From: a virus
Taxonomy: Duplodnaviria; Caudoviricetes
Reading direction: 5' to 3' (one strand)
IMG/VR virus record: IMGVR_UViG_3300012016_000003
Span: 1-64,000 of that record
DNA: 64,000 nucleotides
The first letter of the stretch is position 1. Each line of letters opens with the position of its first letter. Both the position numbers and the translations under genes were made by a program. Positions 35,011 through 44,000 of the stretch are shown here, piece by piece. The notes below the pieces were generated by a model. The model ran no database searches and was not told the DNA's origin. It worked only from the letters and a program-made list of their open reading frames with translations.

Positions 35011-35110
35011 GGGAATAGTTCGGAGTTGCAAACCGAATGACAAGAGGTAAGTCAACACCTCTTTCCCGCTTTTTTCATCGTTGACATCATTATAAACAAA
35101 GTTGACAATG
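35011..35110 (+). ncRNA. Three-way-junction leader RNA with loop/target duplication (copy 2)
   Basis: P1 GGGAA/TTCCC, P2 TTCGG/CCGAA, P3 AAGAGGT/ACCTCTT with loop AAGTCAAC; GTTGAC at 35080 and 35101; ATG at 35108. Confidence 0.7.
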
Positions 35111-35566
35111 ACAAACGAGGAATTTATTGAGTTTATAAAACTCAAAGGCGAGAATTGGAAACCAGTTGAAGGATGGGAAGGGTGGTATTCTATATCTTCT
35201 TTTGGTCGTGTTGTTTCCTTGGAAAGAACAATACAATTAAAGAATGGAAAGAATTATCACATAAAACAAAAGCTACTAAAGCCTAATAAGACTATTCACA
35301 ATGGAATATGGTATAATTATATATGCTTTCGCAAAAGTTGCAAAAAGTATGTATATGGAATACATAGGCTTGTTGCTGTTGCTTTTATCCCCAACCCAAA
35401 TAATTACCCTGAAATTGACCATATAGATAGAAATGGGCTAAACAACCACATAAACAACCTACGATGGTGCAATCGCACTATGAACATGAGCAATAAAAAC
35501 ACAAAGCAAGCAGTAATTAATGCTCAACGTAAAAGGCGGCTGGCTGAATCTCTTGCCAATCAGTAA
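35108..35566 (+). CDS. NUMOD4-HNH homing endonuclease, inverted inside the module
   Basis: ENWKPVEGWEGWYSISSFGRV; IHRLVAVAFIPNPNNYPEIDHIDRNGLNNHINNLRWC. Confidence 0.93.
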   Translation: MTNEEFIEFIKLKGENWKPVEGWEGWYSISSFGRVVSLERTIQLKNGKNYHIKQKLLKPNKTIHNGIWYNYICFRKSCKKYVYGIHRLVAVAFIPNPNNYPEIDHIDRNGLNNHINNLRWCNRTMNMSNKNTKQAVINAQRKRRLAESLANQ

Positions 35567-35597
35567 GTCAAAGAACTATTCCCATTTGTTTGGGTTA

Positions 35598-35936
35598 TTA
35601 GACAGTTGTACGTGACATTAGTTGCAATATGCCATCAAACCGATTGTTGAACACAAGGAAAACGCCAGTGCCACCAATCAAGTCTGCAACCGTAGCTGGA
35701 GTACCATCAAAGAGTGTTAATGCTCTTGTTGTTCCATTTAAGGTTATCGTGATTGGTAGTGTGGAAGTTGTTCCAGTGGGGATTGCATCGGAAAGCCGAA
35801 CTGTAAAATAACCTATCGGTTGTATTCTGCGAAACCCCAAAGCAATGTCAACTGACTCCGTTCCAACTGTCACATTTGTTGAAGGTAGGTAGGCTATACC
35901 ACCTGCATTCGTTGTTATGTTGTTAAAACATCCCAT
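35598..35936 (-). CDS. Small beta-rich protein of the module
   Basis: 112 aa, T/G/V-rich. Confidence 0.8.
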   Translation of the reverse strand: MGCFNNITTNAGGIAYLPSTNVTVGTESVDIALGFRRIQPIGYFTVRLSDAIPTGTTSTLPITITLNGTTRALTLFDGTPATVADLIGGTGVFLVFNNRFDGILQLMSRTTV

Positions 35937-35957
35937 ACAAAACCTCCTTTCGCCTAC

Positions 35958-36947
35958 TTAAAATACGATATTACCTCCGAACCCATTGCCACCGTACCAT
36001 CCGTTATATCCATTGGGGTAAAAACCACCACTTACATACGGTGTTGCGTTAAACACCTGCAAGTTTGGATATTGAACGCTAACAGTTTCGGGCATACGAC
36101 ACTTGATGTCATCCACCTCGCGGGCGAGTGCGGAAATCTGACCGATAACGGGGGCAACTGCTTGCTGAACAACACCAGTGGTGAAGTTCTGGGACTTCAG
36201 TGTTGCTACCTCTGCCGTAAGAGCCGTAATCTCCCTATCCTTGCGGTTAGACTCCAACTGGTCTATCTTGTTGTCAAGAGCAAGATAGTTACGGTTCATC
36301 GTGTCAGTCAATGCGTAAGTTTGTTGACAATCAGCCAACTGCTGTGCTGCACGTGTTGCGGTAATGTTGTCATTTACGCCGTTGATGCTGTTTTGGAGAG
36401 CATTTGTTTGTTGACAAAGAGCCAACTGATTGTCGCAGCAGCACTTCTGAATGATGCTTGCAAGGTTAGCATCACCTGCCTGTACTGCGTTAATCAGTTG
36501 CAAGGTTGACATACCCTGTGCGTTTGCAATCTGATTGAGGGTGTTCTGTGCCGACTGAATACCTGCATTTGTTAAGTTGAAGTCCTGACCAAGCATTGTG
36601 CTCAATGTCTGGATTGCAGTTCTTGATGCCTCACCTTGGTTTGTGATTGCATTCATGATAAGTTCCCGACCCGAATCATTGGATAGCTGATTAGCCAAGA
36701 AAGCCGCACCAGAGTTTCCTCCGCCAAAGCCTCCATTGCCAAATCCACCACCGTTCCAGCCGAACATTGAAGCAATGATAGCAAGTCCAAACAAGTCAGC
36801 AATCCCGTTCATTCCATAACCGAAACCGCCACCAAAGCCAAAACCATTACCCATACCGAAACCACCGATAGGGATAGAGAAAGGGATGTTACCAAGTCCA
36901 CTATTGCCACCGCCATTATTGTCTGGTAACTGATAAATTTCTGCCAT
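35958..36947 (-). CDS. G/N/F-rich low-complexity protein with a CCC-motif coiled coil (so-called spike-like family)
   Basis: GFGMGNGFGFGGGFGYG N-terminus, QKCCCDNQL, DREITAL..LKSQ, NGYNGWYGGNGFGG C-terminus. Confidence 0.85.
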   Translation of the reverse strand: MAEIYQLPDNNGGGNSGLGNIPFSIPIGGFGMGNGFGFGGGFGYGMNGIADLFGLAIIASMFGWNGGGFGNGGFGGGNSGAAFLANQLSNDSGRELIMNAITNQGEASRTAIQTLSTMLGQDFNLTNAGIQSAQNTLNQIANAQGMSTLQLINAVQAGDANLASIIQKCCCDNQLALCQQTNALQNSINGVNDNITATRAAQQLADCQQTYALTDTMNRNYLALDNKIDQLESNRKDREITALTAEVATLKSQNFTTGVVQQAVAPVIGQISALAREVDDIKCRMPETVSVQYPNLQVFNATPYVSGGFYPNGYNGWYGGNGFGGNIVF

Positions 36948-37446
36948 AATAATTTCTTTTGTTTTGAATTGTTTGAAAAAAAGTTTTTCTACTCACTTGT
37001 GTAACCGATTACGCTTGTAAATGTATATTCAAAACAAATGAATTGCTAGCAATACTTATTTAAGTTCATTTCAAAGTTCTAATGAACTAATACACAAATA
37101 GTTACAAGGCTATTTTATGGCAAGTTGATATTTTTTTTCAAAAAACAAAAAAAAGATGGTAACATTACATTACCACCTTTTCTTCTTAATTTTCATCTAT
37201 AAACAACTTGTATTCAACAAGTTATAGATTCTTGTCAAAATAAGCAAAAATTCTCATGCTTAATTTTCCCCAATTTATTTTTTTTCACTTTTTATAGTGC
37301 ATAGAGGTTGACCGTAATCATCCATTGCACTTTTTATCCATCCTAATTGTAGCGAAATCGCCATAATTAATCAAGGTCATCCCTCGGCACTCCCAAAAGT
37401 GTCATCAAGGGGTAGACGATGTATAGTAATATCCATTCCATAACTA

Positions 37447-40425
37447 TTACGAATTAGGTGTTGATTCCTCACTTGAATATGTTAGCCATGCGACCTTATT
37501 TGTAGCAGCATTATACCTTCCATATCTAGGAATGTTAGTATATTCTCTTACGGTGCCACCCTTCCCATCTGGAATAAGATTATAAACAGCTGCATCAATG
37601 AATGTGAAATTAACACCGCAACATCCAAAATCTACTTGTTCGTAATCTATATCTCTAGCAGGAATATTTGAAGGAGGAACTGTGAATACAGTGTTATCAA
37701 CAGGTAAAACTTTTTCTCTACTATTAAAATACATATGACATCCAACACTTTCGTAGTAACGTCCAGATGTTCCAGAAATTGAATGCACAAACGTATTCCC
37801 CCTTAATACAACCATACTTTTAACTTGGTCGTCTGTGAGAATGACTTTATTCGCTGCTCCATTATCATTAGGATTAACTGTTCTTATGGCAAAATGTGAA
37901 TAAGGGCGATAAGAATACCCCGATATTACAGTGTCGTTTACCATTATCCTATTATTGTATAAATACAACTTGAAATCCCAAGTTGCGCCATCTGCAAGTT
38001 GCACATCACCAGTACCACTTGTAACTATACTTGTCGGTGGTGCTATGGTAATAATTGCGCCAAGATAAGGTGGATAGGTGTAACCCTGCGGATAGGATAT
38101 ACCATCTTTCACAGTCACTTCTGGGTCTGTAAAGGATGTATTATTGAAAGTACATCCTTCAAATGTAGCTGACTTGATGTTCCAAAAACTAAATGGTCCA
38201 GCATCAGTCATACCTACTTGATAACCAAATATATCAAACCAACAATTCCTGTATGTTACTGTACCTATACATGATGTCTTCCAAGGCAAGTCGCAAGTTT
38301 TGAAATGACAATCCTCATAGATTACATCAGTTATTCCTCTTGTCTTTTGCGAATTATTAGTGGTAAATGTTACTAATTCGCAGTTATGGAACTTCATATA
38401 GCCGTAGCCATTCACAACCCCGTCTACCTTAGTTCTGTCACCTACTTCCCAAACACCGCCTATATAGGTATCATAGGCTTCTACATTGCAATTCTCAACC
38501 AATGCTGGATTTATATATGCACCTATTGAAATCAGTTCATAGTAATGCCGTACTCGTGGGTTCAAGTATCGTAGCTGGGAATTGTAGAACCTTACTTTGT
38601 TGTAACTGTTTTCAAAGATGAATGACGTTGCCCTCAAGTCACAGTTATGCAATTCCAAGGCAGATAATGAATAATCATCATTGTCCCAATTAGCAGCAAG
38701 TCTTGAATATCCTCTATATACCACATTTTTCATAAACACATCCGAAGATACAATTATAGAGTCGTAAGTTTGGATGGTCTTGTCTACAAGTTCGATAGTC
38801 AAATCATAAATAGCTATGGCACTGCAACCAAATAACCGACTCCAACTTGTTGGATACTTTTTATTTACCAACCGACCTGAACTTGGTCTATAAGTGTTAT
38901 CTATTGTAAGTTTATTACCATTCCCATAAATGGTAAGTTTACGGGCGGGTTTATCTCTCACGGCTATCTCTCCGTGCTTGAAATCTACTTTATGGTTTTT
39001 ACTTAAACTTATTGCAGTACAAGAAAATAAAGAAGCATCTGGGTTTACTGTCATTGCCATCCAAATATCATCGAACCACACGTCCTTCATCACTTGGGAA
39101 AATGACTTGATTATTTTCACATTCTCAAAGAATTGCACATCGGGACAATCAATAATGACTGGATTGCTTGTATCAATAGATGAATTACTAAAATCTATTG
39201 TTCCATTCTTAATCTTACCTCCAGCATATTTAAGGACAACTCCATTGGCGGGCTTTATTGTGCCACCGTTCAAATCCATGTCATAGGCAATCTCATAGAT
39301 TGTGTTTGGCGTGTTGAAAGCATCGGATGCAAGATAGTTTATCGGCAGACTTTCCGTTGTGTCGGTTTCCCATGTGTTTCCATTTCTTTTTATGTAATGG
39401 ATAGTACCTTTATCCATATAGGCAAATACCTTTCCATCTTCTACGCCAAAATTCACATCACTAGGCTTCTCTGCCCAGCCATCATAGTAGATGTCACTGA
39501 AAGCCCAACTTCCAGTATTCCATTGCCACTTAAAATAAACTTTATTTTGAGTTGTATTAAGCACAATAAATGGCGCAGACTTCCTGACACTCTTATACAA
39601 TCTTGCTGGTTCGGAAGACGTTGCTGGCTTTGTGGCAAACGGGAATCTCTCTTCCTTTCCGTATTGCGACTTTCCACTTGGGTTTGTAGATGCATCGTAT
39701 TCGGATGGGTTTCCCACAAAATACTCCGTAGCATAATCATACCCGTCTGGGTTAGAGTCCGATTTTGCAGAGGTTTTTTCAACTGATGTTCTTGTAACAC
39801 TTTCAACGCCATGTATCCATGTAACATTGGAGTAGGTCTTTACCACATCCTTTTGAACAAGGTTTAAAGGCACATGAGCATAGCCTTTGGATGAATTGGT
39901 GGTATCATGGTCACTTCCACCGCTACCACCTCCTTGTATCTGGATATTGCCTTCGCCCAGCAATGAATTTCCGTTTATGGTCTTGATGTTCGTTCCACTT
40001 TGCAAAGTTGCTTGCTTGCCATCCAAGGCTTGCTTGATGACCTTGTTTTGTACTGGGTTCGTACTAGTGGCACTCAATTCCGAGTCGACAGTATAACTTC
40101 CCTCACCACCTTCACCACTTGTCCTTCTTGTGGCTTCGCTCACGGGTACTAGCCTAAAGTTCAACAATGCAAGACTTTCTTGTCCGCTTGCCCCATAGTT
40201 CTTGTAAAGCACAAGCCTATGAACACCAAGGGATTTTTGTTCTGATGCGTAGAACTTTGTGGTAACATAATCTCCATCCCTTGTGAACTCCATCGTCCTA
40301 GTAGTAGTACTTGAAGGATTCTCTGGGTCTGGCATCGTCATTACCAATGTAAGGTTTAAACCCTCCAAAGCCGTATCACTATGCAAGGTCAACGTGGCAT
40401 TCTTGTTAATGGTTAATGTTAGCAT
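37447..40425 (-). CDS. Tail fibre/tailspike with a probable beta-helix (depolymerase-like) region
   Basis: VDSELSATSTNPVQNKVI and KQATLQSGTNIKTING tail motifs; YDMDLNGGTI and repeated short beta strands. Confidence 0.75.
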   Translation of the reverse strand: MLTLTINKNATLTLHSDTALEGLNLTLVMTMPDPENPSSTTTRTMEFTRDGDYVTTKFYASEQKSLGVHRLVLYKNYGASGQESLALLNFRLVPVSEATRRTSGEGGEGSYTVDSELSATSTNPVQNKVIKQALDGKQATLQSGTNIKTINGNSLLGEGNIQIQGGGSGGSDHDTTNSSKGYAHVPLNLVQKDVVKTYSNVTWIHGVESVTRTSVEKTSAKSDSNPDGYDYATEYFVGNPSEYDASTNPSGKSQYGKEERFPFATKPATSSEPARLYKSVRKSAPFIVLNTTQNKVYFKWQWNTGSWAFSDIYYDGWAEKPSDVNFGVEDGKVFAYMDKGTIHYIKRNGNTWETDTTESLPINYLASDAFNTPNTIYEIAYDMDLNGGTIKPANGVVLKYAGGKIKNGTIDFSNSSIDTSNPVIIDCPDVQFFENVKIIKSFSQVMKDVWFDDIWMAMTVNPDASLFSCTAISLSKNHKVDFKHGEIAVRDKPARKLTIYGNGNKLTIDNTYRPSSGRLVNKKYPTSWSRLFGCSAIAIYDLTIELVDKTIQTYDSIIVSSDVFMKNVVYRGYSRLAANWDNDDYSLSALELHNCDLRATSFIFENSYNKVRFYNSQLRYLNPRVRHYYELISIGAYINPALVENCNVEAYDTYIGGVWEVGDRTKVDGVVNGYGYMKFHNCELVTFTTNNSQKTRGITDVIYEDCHFKTCDLPWKTSCIGTVTYRNCWFDIFGYQVGMTDAGPFSFWNIKSATFEGCTFNNTSFTDPEVTVKDGISYPQGYTYPPYLGAIITIAPPTSIVTSGTGDVQLADGATWDFKLYLYNNRIMVNDTVISGYSYRPYSHFAIRTVNPNDNGAANKVILTDDQVKSMVVLRGNTFVHSISGTSGRYYESVGCHMYFNSREKVLPVDNTVFTVPPSNIPARDIDYEQVDFGCCGVNFTFIDAAVYNLIPDGKGGTVREYTNIPRYGRYNAATNKVAWLTYSSEESTPNS

Positions 40426-40429
40426 TTCT

Positions 40430-41083
40430 CTAATTGTTTAAGTATTCCGTAGGGTCAAAGACTAACTTTTCTGGATAACCTTGAGTAAAGTCATAACCCA
40501 TTATTTCTTCTTCACTATTTAACCCACTTATAGCCATCTTGTGAGTAGCCGTTACAATGGCACAAGCATCGGCATACCTTTGTATCTTCGCCAAGGCTAT
40601 CTTTCCCTTTTCAATAGGGATATTGAGTATCATACCCAAGATAGGCACGATGATTGATGTTTCGCCAAGTAGTTCGGCAGCTTCAATACTTGCCTTGTAG
40701 GTGTTCCGTGTGTCCCTATCTATCCAAGTAAGTTGCTCTCCAACAAAAAAGCCGTTTACATCAATAGAGTTGTCATACTCCACAAGTTGCTTTAGCTTAT
40801 CTTCTTTGTATAGGTCTAGCATACTTGTAGGTTCTTCTTCGGGAATGTCCTCTGGTGTTTCGGCTTCCTCTTGCTCCCTTTCCCACCTTTCAAGTTCTGC
40901 AAGGTAGACCCCACGCATTTCCTCGGTAATCTCATACCAGTTATTCACGGAGTCATTCTTGCCAAGATAAAGCCTATTGGATATGATTCTATCACTTATA
41001 GGTACACTAGCCTTTTGCGTTATCCAATACCCCGTAGATGGGGTAAGGATTCTCAGTCCGTTATCTTTCTCTATCAGTTCCAT
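40430..41083 (-). CDS. Tail fibre-associated chaperone (DUF4376-like)
   Basis: YDNSIDVNGF..WIDRDTR..YADACAIVTATHK..YDFTQGYP. Confidence 0.7.
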   Translation of the reverse strand: MELIEKDNGLRILTPSTGYWITQKASVPISDRIISNRLYLGKNDSVNNWYEITEEMRGVYLAELERWEREQEEAETPEDIPEEEPTSMLDLYKEDKLKQLVEYDNSIDVNGFFVGEQLTWIDRDTRNTYKASIEAAELLGETSIIVPILGMILNIPIEKGKIALAKIQRYADACAIVTATHKMAISGLNSEEEIMGYDFTQGYPEKLVFDPTEYLNN

Positions 41084-41087
41084 ATCT

Positions 41088-44000
41088 TTATGCTATTGTA
41101 TATCCCTTTGCCGTTGCCAATGCAATGTCAGCCTCGGTCAATAAAGCCTTTGTAGCTGATGCAAATGTTATCGTATAGGTAGTACTACCTTCGGAATTGT
41201 CACCACATTCGTTAATCACATTTAATGCTGATTGTCTTGTAAGTTTTGATGCACTTGAACAAGTTATGTTACATTTACATCCCCTAAATCCACCAAAATC
41301 GGTAATGTTTGAAACTCCATAGTATTGCCCATTCAAAGTACAAGAAGTAGCATTTGGGCATATAATAACACCAACTTTTTTTAATTTAGTAGTACCAGTA
41401 AAATTGTTCAATGTTGTTACTGCCCCATTGTAACTTGAAATGTCTATATTTCCAACTTCTGCCAGATTGGTGCATCCTTGAAAAAGGTAAAGATTTCCAA
41501 ATACTCCTTTTGATGAATATGGAACTTCGGAAAAATCCAAATTACCGACTTTAGTTAAATTTGAGCAATAACCAAACATTCGATTAGCACCGTGGTCGCT
41601 CTGCGAACCACCAATTTGCGCCTTCTTAACGAAAACATTTCCAATCTCGGTAAATCCAGTACCTCTAAACATTTCTGCTGCATTTGTGACATTTGTCAAG
41701 GAGTCGAGAAAGCTTTGTGATACGGAAGTTAATGCTGAACAACCATAAAACATATTTTTTGTAGTTGTAACCTTGCTGAAATCGGCATTAGAAGGAAATT
41801 CAATACTCGTTAATGCTGAACAACCATAAAACATTGATTGCATTGATGTGACCTTGCTGAAATTTATAGATTCCAAGAAACTGACATTATTTAAAGATGA
41901 ACATCCTTGGAATGTACTTGTTAAACCAGCAAAATTAGAAAAGTCGCTTTCTTGGTCAAAGGTTATTGTTTGCAATGATGAACAATTTTGAAAAGCACGA
42001 GCAAGTGATGTGCATGAACTTGTAACTTTTAATGGAGCAACTGTAGTTAAAGCCGTACAACCGTTGAACAAGTCATACGGAGCACCTTCTAGCAAGAAGT
42101 CGCCTTGCACATTGAAGCTTACCAAAGACTTGCAGCCAGCAAATGTGTATTCATCATTTACAGTACAATTCTTGTTAAATGTAAGACTTGTAAGAGAAGA
42201 ACAATTCCTAAATGCTTCGGCATCTATTGTAACATCATTAACAAATGGGTTATTTATTATAAGCTTCGTGCATCCAGAGAAAGCACTCAAATAAATCCTA
42301 GTTGCATAACTTGGTTCTGCATTCACTAGTGCCGTACACCCTTGCAGGCATTGCCTACCATAAATAGTGACTGTAGATGGAATATCTAAAGTCACAAGAG
42401 CCGTACAACCGATGAATGCAGTAGAACCAAATGTTGTTGGAGTAGACCCATTAAAATCAATGGTTGCAAGTGAAGTACAATGATAACAAAAACCTTGGCT
42501 AGCATTACCAATCATTGATGGGTCAACTCCTATCACGCCAGTAAATGTACTTGGAAACTTAATTCTTGTTAGTTCAGTGCATCCAGTAAACACACCTCTT
42601 GTTTCTCCAACCTCATTCGTGCATCGGTAGCTTACAAAGTACTCAAATTCATCAAATGAAGTTAGTGCAGTCTTGTTTTTTAGGTTTCCATTAAACCTTG
42701 TCACTTTAGCAGCCTCACGAGCGTAAAGTAGTGTTGCACTTTCGGACACTTTCAAGGTGTTATAGATAAAGCTTAACAAGCTTGCAAATCCAGCGTTTGT
42801 TTCGGCATTTATAAGAAGCAAGTCATTAAGGTAGATACGCACCGTATTGGAAAATATGGTAGGGTCATCACTCAACCTTGCATAAACATCCGTATAGCCA
42901 TAAGTACTATTTATTGGAGATACCACATTGTTTAGAATAGAAATCTTTTGGTTATCATACACATATTCCACAAATCTTGACTTTGTGTTCTTTGGCGGGT
43001 TGAGGGTATAGGAGAGGGTGCAGGTAGTACCTTTCTTGTAGTCTATGGCTTCATTGTCAACCACAAGGTTTTTTATCTGCAATATCCTAATCCTCGCAAG
43101 CGCAATTTCCCTAGTCACCCTAACCTGATTGTTCCAAGTTGATGTGGCAGTAACGGAAAAGTTTTCGGTAGTTCCATTCTTTGAGCCGCTAGGTTCAAAG
43201 TTTGCGAAGTCAAGTGTTGCCGTGTAGTCGGTTGTTCTAAGTGCTATCGCTGCTGGAATACTATCACTGCTCCACTTTACTGACTTGTAGGCAAGAGTGT
43301 TTGCACCTACCTCATAGGTTCTAGTGATACCAACGGCTTCATCCTCATAGATGGTTTCTATATCTTCTTTTCCAGTCAAAGTAAGTCCAATAGCGTCCTT
43401 GCTAGGGATAACCGTCTGCCCAGACTTTATCGTAAGGTAAGGGAAGTATGCTTGGATGGCTTCTGCATAGCCACTGACAAGTGTTTCAAACTCTATCGTT
43501 CCACTTATGTAAGCCGTATCGCTTGTTTCCCTTCCTTGTGCATCAAGGGCATAGTAGTTCTTTTCGTTTGCATCGGCATCAAGACCTTTGGCTATTCTAT
43601 AAAGCATCTCGGCAACTTGTCCGTTAGGGTCATCGGCACTAGTGACCGTTTCGTCAATATCAGTAATCCTTATGTATGTCAATGCGTTCTTTCCTTGCGT
43701 ATCGTTGGAATAGTAGATGTCCTTCAATATCTGGAAACTCCTTAACATTGAACAACCCTCAATATCAACACTCTTTACGTTTGGTGCGCAAGCCGTAACA
43801 TCAAGGCTTGAAAGGAACTTTAGGTTCTTCAAGGAAAGGGCGGTCATTGTGGATGGCAAAGTCAATGTTTCAAGTTTAGAACCCTCGGCAAAGGTAAGAC
43901 CAGCCACTTGTGTACCCGTAAGATAGACAGTCCGTATTCTAGGGCAATTACTCAAATCAAGAGAACCACTAAGGTTTGTGGCATTCCTTGCATCAATCAA

